Source: Saprospiraceae bacterium (lineage in GTDB: Bacteria; Bacteroidota; Bacteroidia; Chitinophagales; Saprospiraceae). From it: 64,000 nucleotides of DNA. The position numbers were made by a program, and so were the translations under genes. The notes under the pieces were generated by a model. The model did not search any database. It saw only the letters and a list, made by a program, of their open reading frames with translations, and was not told the DNA's origin. Numbering within the stretch: position 1 is the stretch's first letter; the number at the start of each line of letters is the position of its first letter. Below are positions 9,717 to 19,725 of the stretch, in pieces. The stretch is taken from NCBI GenBank assembly GCA_025055285.1, contig JANWXM010000014.1, positions 21,043 through 85,042 of the forward strand, in the 5' to 3' direction.

Positions 9717-10805
9717 TCAATAGAAGATGACCTCCGTTGCGCCATAGCCATACTTTGGGTGATACTCATTTTTAAACTTCCACACTGCAGGGTGGTGCCG
9801 AAGTTCCTTAGCAATTGCTTCTCGCAGTTTTCCTTCACCTACACCGTGGATAACAAATACCTTCGGGACACCTAGTCGAATAGCTTTTTCTAGAAAATCC
9901 CGAAAGCAGGCGAGCTGCAGATGAAGGATTTGGCCAGGGTCTAGGCTTTTGTAGTTAGGCAAAAGTTTTTCTGCATGAAGGTCTATTTCGCCCTTAAACT
10001 CTGCTAATTCAACAACGTCGTACGGGTCTACGATTTGTGTGTTGGATTCAGACGTGTGAGCAGGCGCGCAACGTTGCGAGCGAGCAAGCTCGCGTAGGTC
10101 AGTGCTCGGGCTTTGAACAGAGGCTGTTATTTGCGGCTTAAACAAAATAAATCGGTATGCCTCAATGCCTAAGATTGGAACAAATTGTCGAGCATTGAAA
10201 AAGGTCTTGGGTCGTATGCGCAATGAACGCTCAACGGGCGCCTCAACGCCCTCTGTGCTAATAGGTCGACAGGTTATAAATACTTGCGGGTGATCGCTCA
10301 GGTCAGCAGCGAATAGGGTGCCTACTTCTACAGCAGTGGCAGTTTCCAATTTTCCTTCGGTCTCGAGCACAACGCGCACGGAAGTTTCAAGAACGAGCTC
10401 AAAAAGACATTCTTGGTAAGTATCGTTGAGCAGCCATATCGTATAACGCGAGACTACTTCGTCGCGCCCAAGCATAGGTTCAAAGACAAGTGAAATGCCC
10501 TGAGAATTCGTCAATTTTTGAGTACTTTTAACGACTCTTCTCTCCTGCCCGCTAGGTGTCTTCGTGGGAGACTTAGCTTCGAAGGAAGTTGCTGGCGCAG
10601 CTGGCGGCGAAACAGTTATGGGCACGACATCTTCCTCAAAGGCTGGTATCTCTACAGCCGACTCACCCTCAAGCCGAATCAAGAGCGTGTCCTCGTCTAG
10701 GCGGCAAACAACTTCACCGCGCTCGCCCGTGAAACGCAGCATTACCTTTGACCCCGGAACTATAAGCATCCCCCTTGCACTCAGTTTTTCAAGAAATATA
10801 AACAA
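9717..10805 (-). CDS. Smr domain protein (MutS2-related endonuclease domain at the C-terminus)
   Basis: C-terminal IDLHAEKL...VFVIHGVGEGKLREAI...YGATEVIFY matches the Smr fold pattern. The N-terminal ~270 aa resemble the Bacteroidota-specific extension seen with Smr. The true start may be the internal Met at about 10769. Confidence 0.75.
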   Translation of the reverse strand: MFIFLEKLSARGMLIVPGSKVMLRFTGERGEVVCRLDEDTLLIRLEGESAVEIPAFEEDVVPITVSPPAAPATSFEAKSPTKTPSGQERRVVKSTQKLTNSQGISLVFEPMLGRDEVVSRYTIWLLNDTYQECLFELVLETSVRVVLETEGKLETATAVEVGTLFAADLSDHPQVFITCRPISTEGVEAPVERSLRIRPKTFFNARQFVPILGIEAYRFILFKPQITASVQSPSTDLRELARSQRCAPAHTSESNTQIVDPYDVVELAEFKGEIDLHAEKLLPNYKSLDPGQILHLQLACFRDFLEKAIRLGVPKVFVIHGVGEGKLREAIAKELRHHPAVWKFKNEYHPKYGYGATEVIFY

Positions 10806-10838
10806 AATCGACGGCTTCAGACTTTTTTCCGGGGCTCC

Positions 10839-11009
10839 CTACTGCGAACGCGCAGGGCGTATACTGCTGCCTCTTCTCATTCGCCGACACCGGTCGCTGC
10901 AATAGCGCACCTCGTCCCAGCAAGAAGCCCACTTCTTTCGCCATGCGAATGGCCGACCACAGACCGCGCAAATTTTTTTAGGTAAGTTCGTTTTAGTAAA
11001 CTTTTTCAT
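10839..11009 (-). CDS. DUF2256-like small zinc-ribbon protein
   Basis: [43 protein letters not shown] has the CxxC ... RKKW ... YCSxxC pattern characteristic of DUF2256. The start is placed at the ATG at 11009. Confidence 0.65.
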   Translation of the reverse strand: MKKFTKTNLPKKICAVCGRPFAWRKKWASCWDEVRYCSDRCRRMRRGSSIRPARSQ

Positions 11010-11346
11010 CCCAAAAATAAACACACAAGAGCCTCGTAAGGCTTAAACCTGTTGCAAGAAATATGCCTCGCCAGCTACAAGTCAATCCGACCTCTCATTG
11101 ATTTCTAACTTCGAGGTAGAAACTAGGCGACAAGCAACAATACTGCCCAAAGGCTGAAAGTTATCGAAATCAGCATCTTAGCTTTTACCTTCATCTTTAA
11201 AATTCCTAAGGATGCCAAATAAGGGCGCCTGGAGGTTCGGAACAAAACCACAAGCCTTGCCGCAATCCCTTTGAAGCCCTTTTCAACGGCATAATTTTTC
11301 GACTTTTGTAGAAGAAAAATATCTGACTCATTAAATTCTATACACC

Positions 11347-12012
11347 ATGCGCACAACATGTATGCTTCTGCTGCTTCTATTGTATGGGTCGTGTGAGCAA
11401 AAAGTAAAAAAGCCCACCGCTGAAGTCGCGCAAGTTCCTCAAGAGGTAACGCTCAAGGGCTACTACAGCAAAAGCGACCAAAGCGCAACGCTGCACACCT
11501 GTGCAGAAGGAAAGAAGTATCGCGTCATCGACGCTACAGGTCAATTAGACTCGCTCTATCATTTGGCCTGCTTGCCTGCGCCTATAGCTGGTGAAGCTGT
11601 TTATGCCGTTTTGGGAGGCACCCTTTCCAACGACGAACAAACCTTTCAGGTACAGCGCATAGATACGCTAACAGCTAAAAATTGGCGAAACGCTTGCCGA
11701 GGCTGGGAGTTTTGGTGTTCTGGTACAGAGCCTTTTTGGAGTTTGCAAATTTCAGAGGCTGAAGGCGGCATCTTTTTTAAAGACGTTGGAGCAGAGGAGG
11801 GTTATGCTTTCAAGTGGGTAGCGCCAAAAACAGACGGTAAGAGCACCTGGACGTATGAAACCGACGGATTAAAAGTAACCATTAAGAAGGGCGATTGTAG
11901 CGACGGCATGTCGGAAATTCAGTACCGCTATCAGGCAGAGTTGACCGTGAACGGCCGCCCCTTAAAGGGCTGTGCAATTCGCAACGGCGAACCCTTTCCC
12001 TCGGAGGAATAA
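11347..12012 (+). CDS. Putative lipoprotein (COG3650-like C-terminal domain)
   Basis: Lipobox-like LLLYGSC after a hydrophobic N-terminus. The C-terminal SGTEPFWSLQI ... GDCSDGMSE ... LKGCA resembles COG3650-type lipoproteins. Confidence 0.55.
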   Translation: MRTTCMLLLLLLYGSCEQKVKKPTAEVAQVPQEVTLKGYYSKSDQSATLHTCAEGKKYRVIDATGQLDSLYHLACLPAPIAGEAVYAVLGGTLSNDEQTFQVQRIDTLTAKNWRNACRGWEFWCSGTEPFWSLQISEAEGGIFFKDVGAEEGYAFKWVAPKTDGKSTWTYETDGLKVTIKKGDCSDGMSEIQYRYQAELTVNGRPLKGCAIRNGEPFPSEE

Positions 12013-12105
12013 GAAGCCAGAGGGTTGAGCTATTTCTGGAACGAGAGCGGCCTTACGCAACGTGCGTTACACAAAGCCGCTCTCGTCAGGTGTAGGATAA
12101 ACCTC

Positions 12106-14364
12106 TTATCGACGCTGAGGTGTGGAAGCCGACCAAACTGGGTGGTTGAGGGGTGAGGTTAGGTGCATTTGCTCGTAGCGAGCAGGCGGCTGAGTGTTGC
12201 CCATCTCGCGGGTTGTATGCCCTCCCAAGATGGGCGCAACAGCCAAACCTACAAGACAGGTGAGTTTAATTAAGATATTCATCGAAGGGCCAGAAGTATC
12301 CTTGAAGGGATCGCCCACCGTATCTCCCGTGACGGCTGCTTTATGTGGCTCAGAACCCTTGTAGTAAAATTGACCATTAATTTCAGCGCCTCTTTCAAAG
12401 GTTTTCTTGGCATTGTCCCATGCTCCGCCAGCATTTGCTTGAAACAGCGCCCACACTACACCGCTCACCGTAACGCCTGCCATATATCCTCCCAGCGCCT
12501 CGGCCCCCATTATGAAGCCAATAACCGCGGGCGTCAGGATGGCAATAATGCCAGGAGGAAGCATTTCGCGCAGCGCCGCACGAGTAGAAATTTCTACACA
12601 GCGCCCATACTCTGCTTTTCCTTCTCCTTCGAGCAGTCCGGGTATCTCGCGAAACTGACGGCGCACTTCATTGACCATATCCATTGCTGCCCGACCCACA
12701 CTTCGCATCGCCAAAGCTGAGAAAACAACTGGCACCATACCGCCCACAAAGAGTGCCGCTAACACATTGGCCTTAAATATGTTGATGCCAGCAATGCCGG
12801 TAAAATCTACATAAGCAGCAAACAGCCCCAAGGCGGTCAAAGCTGCAGAGGCAATAGCAAAGCCCTTCCCGATTGCTGCTGTGGTGTTGCCTACGGCATC
12901 TAAAATATCCGTACGTTGACGAACTTCCTTGGGCAGCTCGCTCATTTCCGCAATCCCTCCGGCGTTATCCGCAATCGGGCCGAAGGCATCAATGGCCAAT
13001 TGCATAGCTGTAGTCGCCATCATGGCGGAAGCGGAAATAGCTACTCCATAAAATCCTGCTAGCGAGTAGGCGCCCCATATTGCAAGGGCAAACATCACTA
13101 CAGGCATCCACGTCGAGAGCATACCTGTGGCTAGCCCAGCAATAATATTGGTGGCATGACCCGTACCTGACTGCTTTACAATACTTTCAACAGGTCTTCT
13201 GCCCATGCCAGTGTAATACTCCGTGATTGCTGAAATAAGGGCGCCAACAACAAGGCCGATAACAACCGCGTAAAAAACATTGGTATCGCTCACTGCGCGC
13301 GAACCAGAGCCAAAGAAATTCATCGTCATGGTATCGGGCAACATCCACCGGATGACCGGATAGCAGGCAATACCAGTGAGCAGGATGCTCGTCCAATTAC
13401 CCAGATTGAGGGCGTTTTGCACTGTGGCAGCAGTGGCGTTCCCATCGTCTTTGACGCGCACCAGATTCATGCCGAGAATAGAAAAGATGATGCCCAAGCC
13501 TGCGATGAAAATGGGTAACAGGATAGGGCCGATGCCGCCAAAGTCATCCTGGATAACGCCGCCCGAATCGCGAATGACGGAATTGCCCAAAACCATAGCG
13601 GCTAGCATAGTGGCTACGTAAGAGCCAAATAGGTCGGCGCCCATACCAGCCACATCGCCTACGTTGTCGCCCACATTGTCGGCAATAACTGCCGGATTGC
13701 GCGGGTCATCCTCAGGGATGCCCGCCTCTACTTTGCCTACCAGGTCAGCTCCCACGTCAGCTGCTTTGGTGTAAATGCCACCGCCTACGCGTGCAAATAG
13801 CGCAATGGATTCAGCCCCCAGCGAAAAGCCCGCCAAAACCTCCAAAATACGCGACATGACCACGTAACCACCTTTGGCGTAGTTGCCACCCATGAAATAC
13901 TGGAAAAAGATGGCGAATAATGCGCTTATCCCCAGCACCGCTAGACCAGCTACGCCCAAACCCATAACCGAGCCGCCATTAAAGGACACCTTCAAGGCTT
14001 GTGCTAGGCTGGCTCGCGCCGCTTGTGTAGTGCGCACATTCGCTTTCGTAGCAATGCGCATGCCCGTATAACCGGCAAGCACTGAAAATGCTGCGCCCAC
14101 GACAAACGCGGCAATGATGAGCGGATGACTCGTCGTTACTAAGGTGCTTTGCCAGCCCAACAGCGCGCCGGCCACCAAGACATAAACCGCCAAGACACGG
14201 TACTCTGCTTTTAAAAAGGCCATCGCGCCCTCTGCAATATGGTGCGCAATTGCTTGCATGCGTGCCTCGCCAGGGTCTTGTCTCTTTACCCACGCTTGCA
14301 GCAGCAGCATGTACAGTAGGCCAACAATACCAAACAAGGGAAGTAGGTAAACTAATGACTCCAT
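12106..14364 (-). CDS. hppA: Membrane-bound proton/sodium-translocating pyrophosphatase
   Basis: 752-aa polytopic protein with diagnostic motifs [38 protein letters not shown] and [15 protein letters not shown]. It has a C-terminal tail of about 40 aa beyond the usual end. Confidence 0.95.
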   Translation of the reverse strand: MESLVYLLPLFGIVGLLYMLLLQAWVKRQDPGEARMQAIAHHIAEGAMAFLKAEYRVLAVYVLVAGALLGWQSTLVTTSHPLIIAAFVVGAAFSVLAGYTGMRIATKANVRTTQAARASLAQALKVSFNGGSVMGLGVAGLAVLGISALFAIFFQYFMGGNYAKGGYVVMSRILEVLAGFSLGAESIALFARVGGGIYTKAADVGADLVGKVEAGIPEDDPRNPAVIADNVGDNVGDVAGMGADLFGSYVATMLAAMVLGNSVIRDSGGVIQDDFGGIGPILLPIFIAGLGIIFSILGMNLVRVKDDGNATAATVQNALNLGNWTSILLTGIACYPVIRWMLPDTMTMNFFGSGSRAVSDTNVFYAVVIGLVVGALISAITEYYTGMGRRPVESIVKQSGTGHATNIIAGLATGMLSTWMPVVMFALAIWGAYSLAGFYGVAISASAMMATTAMQLAIDAFGPIADNAGGIAEMSELPKEVRQRTDILDAVGNTTAAIGKGFAIASAALTALGLFAAYVDFTGIAGINIFKANVLAALFVGGMVPVVFSALAMRSVGRAAMDMVNEVRRQFREIPGLLEGEGKAEYGRCVEISTRAALREMLPPGIIAILTPAVIGFIMGAEALGGYMAGVTVSGVVWALFQANAGGAWDNAKKTFERGAEINGQFYYKGSEPHKAAVTGDTVGDPFKDTSGPSMNILIKLTCLVGLAVAPILGGHTTREMGNTQPPARYEQMHLTSPLNHPVWSASTPQRR

Positions 14365-15046
14365 TTGAATTTATTTTGCTCTCTAAAGTAACGGCCGCAA
14401 AAGTAGGCAAACTTCCTTTGGGTGAATACAGGCGTATGCTCTGTACTCAAGAGAAAAAACGGAATTCTCTTAGCGAAGGCCCTAGCGTATTAGAAGCGAC
14501 TGAAATTTTCCCTCGCTACCTCTTCGAAGAAGCGCCAGACATTATTTCAACTGCATAGCATCTAGAGATGATGAAGGGAGGATCCACTATGGATGTAAGC
14601 AAGTACACGCGACGAAGAGCAATGGCTGCCGGCAGGATCAACAGAGCAAACCTGTTGTCGGGTGCATTGGCTGAGGAAAAAAGAGGGTGTTGTCGCGCAC
14701 TGCCTTCCATTTTCGCGGCAAATTTTTCAAGATGTGCTCAGATGTGCCTACCCCTTCTATCTAGAACACAGGATTAAAACCAGGGAGTGGAGTGCGGTCA
14801 CCATACATAGACGAAAAAAGCTAAGCGCCATAACGCGCTCGAAATCTGTTGGATACATGACAAGTGCCCTGACTGTTCACACATCGGCCGCATAGCAACG
14901 GTTACCCGCACTATTGGACAGACAGCTCAACAACTGCTGAGTGTCAGCAAAAGTTGGCCTTGGGAGGGTTCGCACTTTTGGTGGCAGCGGCAATAAGTTT
15001 AAATACGGCGCATGGCGAGGTACGTATTCATCTTTTTTGGGTCATT

Positions 15047-15427
15047 TCATGTACGAGCTAAGCGAGTCATGAACCAGATCTCAAAAGCGGTGTAAATGGC
15101 GTATTGAACTAGAAAAATTCCGACAAACCAAGCGTCTTTTGGCCGAGTTAGTTCGCGGTAAAGCGCCAGCACTGCTAGGGCAAATAACATTTTACCAAAA
15201 ACCGAACCCATTACCAGTTGGATGAATGCCTGCTTGTTTGGACTTTTTACCGCATGCTGACCTAGAGCAAAAAGCCCGATACACAGCAGCCCAAACAGCA
15301 GGGCTGTGCTCAGTCCAAATGCGGTGTGCTCGCGTATTGATACAGAAAACCAAGCAATTATCCCTATCAGACCAACTACGCCAACCGTTATGCCGACCAA
15401 ATATTTAAGAAAATGGCGAAAGGTCAT
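15047..15427 (-). CDS. Small 4-TM membrane protein (type usually found between atpZ and atpB in Bacteroidota)
   Basis: 126-aa ORF with four hydrophobic helices, located directly downstream of the AtpZ-like gene. Confidence 0.5.
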   Translation of the reverse strand: MTFRHFLKYLVGITVGVVGLIGIIAWFSVSIREHTAFGLSTALLFGLLCIGLFALGQHAVKSPNKQAFIQLVMGSVFGKMLFALAVLALYRELTRPKDAWFVGIFLVQYAIYTAFEIWFMTRLART

Positions 15428-15442
15428 GTCTATAGGAAACCT

Positions 15443-15706
15443 TTACTTCAATTTACGATACAGAGAGACCACTGCTGCAATCATGAAGAGAACCGTTAGT
15501 ACCACAGACCACGTGGGTTGTTCTAGTTCCAACCACGTATCCATCCAGCGCCCAACGAGCATACCTGCTAGGCATGCACCCAGCAATTCGAAAGCTATGC
15601 CGCTATAGCGCATCCACTCGAGCAACGGCGAGCGCTTAGGCTTTCGCTCCTGCCCCCACGGCTTTTCCGACGACATCTCCCGCAGCAACTTTGGCAGCTG
15701 CGCCAT
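15443..15706 (-). CDS. AtpZ/AtpI family protein
   Basis: Small two-helix protein. LEWMRYSGIAFELLGACLAGMLVGRWMD fits the AtpZ/AtpI pattern. The start is uncertain (Met at 15706 or 15676), and either choice overlaps the bactofilin 3' end. Confidence 0.6.
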   Translation of the reverse strand: MAQLPKLLREMSSEKPWGQERKPKRSPLLEWMRYSGIAFELLGACLAGMLVGRWMDTWLELEQPTWSVVLTVLFMIAAVVSLYRKLK

Positions 15707-16085
15707 TGCCAGCCCCTATGTCCATCTTGCACGTGACGTTAAAGCGCGCGCCACTTTGCACGACTAACTTATTCGTCACCACTTCTCCCTCCACTTCGGC
15801 CGTCTCACGCACGTTTAGCAGTTCGCCTACCTTCAAGTTACCCCGAAAACGCCCCTCAATAACTGCATTAGCGCACACGATATCGCCTTCTACTTGACCT
15901 GTAGGGCCAATAATAATCTTGGATTTGCAAGCGATCTTTCCCTTCACTATGCCGTCTACGCGAAGATCGCTCTCACAAGTGAGGTTGCCCTCTACTATCG
16001 TTCCTTTTACCAAGGCATTAAAGGCAACAGCGCTAGAAGCCGTTGCGGTGTGGGTTTCTTCTGTGTTTTTACTGCTGCCAAACAT
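15636..16085 (-). CDS. Bactofilin (polymer-forming cytoskeletal protein)
   Basis: 149 aa with the repetitive beta-helix pattern (GTIVEGNLTCESDLRVDGIVKGKI ... GQVEGDIVCANAVIEGRFRGNL) and a Gly/Ala-rich tail. Confidence 0.8.
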   Translation of the reverse strand: MFGSSKNTEETHTATASSAVAFNALVKGTIVEGNLTCESDLRVDGIVKGKIACKSKIIIGPTGQVEGDIVCANAVIEGRFRGNLKVGELLNVRETAEVEGEVVTNKLVVQSGARFNVTCKMDIGAGNGAAAKVAAGDVVGKAVGAGAKA

Positions 16086-16202
16086 GGTTTAAAAATCGGT
16101 AATTGAATTTTAAAAAATGAAAAATATTCTCCACTAAAAGGCCATAGGAGTCACCTCTGTTAACCAATAAAAAGCGCCAACGTTTTGGCTAATAAACGAA
16201 AA

Positions 16203-16246
16203 CAGAGAATTTCCGCAAACTTACGGAAGTTCTCTGCTTTGTTTTT
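16203..16246. terminator. Strong hairpin with T-rich flanks on both strands (possible bidirectional terminator)
   Basis: Arm cagagaatttccg (16203-16215), loop caaactta, arm cggaagttctctg (16224-16236). That is 13 bp with one G-U pair. It is followed by ctttgttttt on the + strand and ttttcgtttatt on the - strand. Confidence 0.45.
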
Positions 16247-16622
16247 CCAGAAGTTAGAAAGGGCACACACTCTTAGAGTTAAAATCTGGCTTCCGTTCTT
16301 TGAAATGTCAGAAAAAGAAGAAAAGTATCTAATCATCTCGTCACAGCCATTGCCATCTTTTGCCGGCCTACAAACCGTTACAGGGGTTCTCGCTGCGGAA
16401 AAACAGAACGGTTAAAGGGATTACCTAGTTAGGTGCCTGTTTTTTTCGTTGCAACTAAAGCGGCAAATTAAACGAGGTGTGCAGGGCTACCCTACATGGG
16501 CGCACCTGCACACCTACCCATACGACAAAATCTCTTTTAAATAGTCAAAGAACTTTTGAGAAGTTTCTACTCAAAGTATTGTATTAATGTATTAACTTGT
16601 AGAAAAAGGGAAGAAGTTGCTA

Positions 16623-17678
16623 CTAGAAATTAGGACAGTATACTCCTCGGCGTTCGGGTCCACAGATCTTGTACAGCAACGAGAATTCGAAAGCGCCATT
16701 TCCATTCGAGGCGGCAGCCAAACTAGAAGTGTTCACATCGTAACTGAAGCCCACCGTAAACTGCTCATAGTCGAAACGCGTGCTCAGAATGAAGGCATCT
16801 ACTAACTTGCCTGCATTGAGGCGGTTGGCGACGCGCACCCAACCTCCCAACTGAAAGGCCTGGCTGTAACGACGGCTATTGCCCAAGAGAAACTTGAAAG
16901 AGTTGCCCACGTTAACTTGGAACGACGGCCCTTGGAAGAAAGTAACTACGCCTGGCAACATACCGAAACGCTTACCAGGCATGAATTCACCACCTGCGTG
17001 GAAAGTGAATTTGCTGTATAGCGGAATATTTTGCCGCCCAAACGACTGATTAGCGCGATTGAGGTGGCTAAACGCCGCACCAAAATAGAAATTGCTGTAC
17101 TCGTCAAATACGCTAAACCACAACAGGCCCGCCGACATGTCTAGGAAGAGGAAGTTAGGGTTTTCAATCACTTCACCCGGTTGGGAAGGGTCAAACTGCC
17201 CCGCGCCATTGTTTTGGCTAGGCCAACGCAATGCAGCGCTATTAATACTGCGCTGACTGACGCCAAAATCACCTCCGAATACTAGATAGTGGGCTTTGCG
17301 GCGATATCCTCCCATCTTTTTAGCGTAAGAGCCAGATAGACGCGCTTGGAGGGTAGCAAACTGAGACTCCCCTGCCCTATCGCCCCACAGCGTGCCCCCA
17401 ACGCCGAAATAATCGTAACGGCCTACGGCAATCTTCTGATCGTAAGATGCTGAAAAAGTATTGTACGCATTCTGACGCAGCACGGAAGCCCATTGGTTGC
17501 GGTAGTTGGCGACAAACCGGTGGGTGCAGTTCATTACCCCAGTCATAGCAGGGTTGAGGTTCAGGGGGCTCATGTAAAACTGCGAAAAGTGAATGTCTTG
17601 AGCAAGGGTAACTGCCGAAGACATGCACAGCGCAAGGCCCAACACGCCAACACGTAAAGCAGTCTTTTTCATAAACAC
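16623..17678 (-). CDS. PorP/SprF family type IX secretion system membrane protein
   Basis: Signal peptide, then AQDIHFSQFYMSPLNLNPAMTG, the family signature. The rest is a beta-barrel-like sequence ending FEFSLLY. Confidence 0.8.
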   Translation of the reverse strand: MFMKKTALRVGVLGLALCMSSAVTLAQDIHFSQFYMSPLNLNPAMTGVMNCTHRFVANYRNQWASVLRQNAYNTFSASYDQKIAVGRYDYFGVGGTLWGDRAGESQFATLQARLSGSYAKKMGGYRRKAHYLVFGGDFGVSQRSINSAALRWPSQNNGAGQFDPSQPGEVIENPNFLFLDMSAGLLWFSVFDEYSNFYFGAAFSHLNRANQSFGRQNIPLYSKFTFHAGGEFMPGKRFGMLPGVVTFFQGPSFQVNVGNSFKFLLGNSRRYSQAFQLGGWVRVANRLNAGKLVDAFILSTRFDYEQFTVGFSYDVNTSSLAAASNGNGAFEFSLLYKICGPERRGVYCPNF

Positions 17679-17947
17679 GTAGAACTACATTTGTTTAGTT
17701 AAAAACAAAAAAGATGGATGCTTATAGCCAAGGGAGTACGGAAATACTAAATAATGGCAAAGGTAGAATTTTCGCCTATTGAACAATAGCTCTCGTCTCT
17801 CCAGGGCGGTAAAATCTAAAAACTTTAACATTAACGAGGGCCATTTTCGCTCGATAAACGCCATGAAAACGAGGGCTATTTCAGCAAAGTGATTTTTTTC
17901 ACAGATGCGACGCAGGGCAGCGGTGCTGCTTTTCTTGCAGGAGTATT

Positions 17948-19078
17948 TTATAGTCGGCGCATAATTTGTGGTAGAATGCTGTTTTTCCAGGGCACGTAGT
18001 CGCCGTTGAAGATATGTTGACGCGCTTGGCGAACGAGGTCTAGATAAAAGCTAAGGTTTTGCAAGGTAGCTAATTGCATTGCTAAGATTTCACCGCTGAT
18101 AAACAGATGCCGCAAGTAGGCGCGCGTATGTTCGCGGCTGGTAGGCGCAGAGCACATAGCATCAATAGGGTCGAAACAATCTCTCCAGCGCTGATTTCGA
18201 ATGTTGACGATGCCCTCCCAGGTGTAGAGGATGCCATGCCGAGCATTTCGGGTGGGCAATACGCAGTCGAACATATCTACGCCGCGCTCGATGCATTCCA
18301 GTAAATTTTCTGGTGTACCTACGCCCATGAGGTAACGAGGCCGGTCAGCAGGAAGCATTGCAGTGACGAGTTCAGTAATTGCGTACATCTCTTCGGTAGG
18401 TTCTCCCACAGATAATCCTCCAATGGCATTTCCAGGGCAATTCAGGGAGGCGACAAATTCAGCGGAATAGCGGCGCAGTTCTGAGTAAGTACTTCCCTGA
18501 ACAATAGGAAACAGCACCTGCCTGTATCCATACAGAGGTTCCGTGTGCTGAAAGCGCTTTAGGCATCGAACCAACCAGCGATGGGTGAGCTCTAGCGAAT
18601 TTTTTGCATAGGAGAAGTCGCACGGATAGGGCGGGCACTCGTCGAAGGCCATTACAATGTCGGCGCCAATAACGCGCTGAATATCTATGACGTTTTCGGG
18701 AGTGAAGGTATGGAATGAGCCGTCAATGTGGCTTTGAAAGGTGACTCCCTCTTCTCGGATTTTGCGTCGATGAGCTAGAGAATAGACCTGATAACCACCG
18801 CTATCGGTCAAGATAGGGCGAGGCCAAGCACTGAAGCGGTGGAGACCTCCTGCCTGCCTAAGCACATCTAAACCCGGGCGGAGATAGAGGTGGTAGGTGT
18901 TGCCCAAGATGATTTGCGCTCCGATATCGCACTCCAATTCGCGTTGATGGACAGCTTTCACAGTACCTGCAGTGCCTACAGGCATGAAGATGGGCGTTTC
19001 AATAACGCCATGGTCGGTATGTAAGCGTCCAGCCCGGGCGCGGCTGTGAGGATCAGTGGCCAACACTTCGAAGATCAT
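17948..19078 (-). CDS. tgt: tRNA-guanine transglycosylase (queuine tRNA-ribosyltransferase)
   Basis: 376 aa. RAGRLHTDHGVIETPIFMPVGT, LTDSGGYQV and the C-terminal zinc-site region are present. Confidence 0.95.
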   Translation of the reverse strand: MIFEVLATDPHSRARAGRLHTDHGVIETPIFMPVGTAGTVKAVHQRELECDIGAQIILGNTYHLYLRPGLDVLRQAGGLHRFSAWPRPILTDSGGYQVYSLAHRRKIREEGVTFQSHIDGSFHTFTPENVIDIQRVIGADIVMAFDECPPYPCDFSYAKNSLELTHRWLVRCLKRFQHTEPLYGYRQVLFPIVQGSTYSELRRYSAEFVASLNCPGNAIGGLSVGEPTEEMYAITELVTAMLPADRPRYLMGVGTPENLLECIERGVDMFDCVLPTRNARHGILYTWEGIVNIRNQRWRDCFDPIDAMCSAPTSREHTRAYLRHLFISGEILAMQLATLQNLSFYLDLVRQARQHIFNGDYVPWKNSILPQIMRRL

Positions 19079-19725
19079 GGCGGCAGGCGCAAGAAGGGAT
19101 TGTGCTCGCGCTCATGGCGGATAGTAGTAGCTGGGCCGTGACCAGAATAAACTTTTGTTTCATCTGGCAGCGTAAACAGCTGCTTGCGAATGCTTTCCAG
19201 AAGCGTTTCGAAATGACCGCCTGGTAAGTCGGTGCGGCCAATGCTTTCATAGAACAGAGTGTCGCCAGCTAAAACGAAACCCGCCTCTGGGCAGTAAAAC
19301 GACAGTCCTCCAGGGCTGTGGCCGGGTGTAAACCGCACTTCTAGCTGGGTTTGACCAAAAGTTATGGTCTCTCCCTCTTGAAGAAATCGCGTCGGCAGAG
19401 GTGCCGGCTCAGGGCGCGGTAGCCCATAAAAAACACAAATATCTGGATAGCGCTTTAGCAACGGCAGTTCATTGCGGTGACATTCGGGCAGTAAGCCCCA
19501 TCTTCGATACACAAAGGCCACACCAAATACATGGTCTAAATGAGCATGGGTGAGCAGCATCCGCTTCGGCCGAACCTGCAGCTGCTCTACTGTTCGCACG
19601 AGCCAATCGCATTCGGCTGAAGTATAGCAACCAGGGTCTACCAATGCGGCTTCACCTGTAGAATCGTACACAACATAGGTGTTCTCAGCGAACGGACTGA
19701 CTTCAAGACAAGCAACTTGCGTCAT
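19075..19725 (-). CDS. MBL-fold metallo-hydrolase (glyoxalase II-like)
   Basis: THAHLDH metal-binding motif and the TPGHSPG motif. It overlaps tgt by 4 nt. Confidence 0.85.
   Translation of the reverse strand: MTQVACLEVSPFAENTYVVYDSTGEAALVDPGCYTSAECDWLVRTVEQLQVRPKRMLLTHAHLDHVFGVAFVYRRWGLLPECHRNELPLLKRYPDICVFYGLPRPEPAPLPTRFLQEGETITFGQTQLEVRFTPGHSPGGLSFYCPEAGFVLAGDTLFYESIGRTDLPGGHFETLLESIRKQLFTLPDETKVYSGHGPATTIRHEREHNPFLRLPP

Noticed and set aside
11123-11359. 78-aa minus-strand ORF upstream of, and overlapping the start of, the lipoprotein gene.
   Set aside because: It overlaps the start of the better-supported + strand lipoprotein gene and has no motifs.
12343-14410. ORFs of 60-143 aa on both strands within the hppA gene span (12343-12720, 13376-13621 and 13883-14071 antisense; 13187-13396 and 13979-14410 same strand, out of frame).
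   Set aside because: They lie entirely, or almost entirely, within an unambiguous 752-aa conserved gene. They have low-complexity Arg/Pro/Cys-rich translations typical of alternative-frame artefacts.
14560-14790. Possible RNase P RNA in the ORF-poor gap. Short stretches resemble M1 RNA segments, for example caacagagcaaacc and agaacacaggatta against ACAGAACCCGGCUUA.
   Set aside because: The diagnostic GAGGAAAGUCC box is absent on both strands. The order and spacing of the weak matches do not fit a type A RNase P RNA. The matches are no better than chance by eye.
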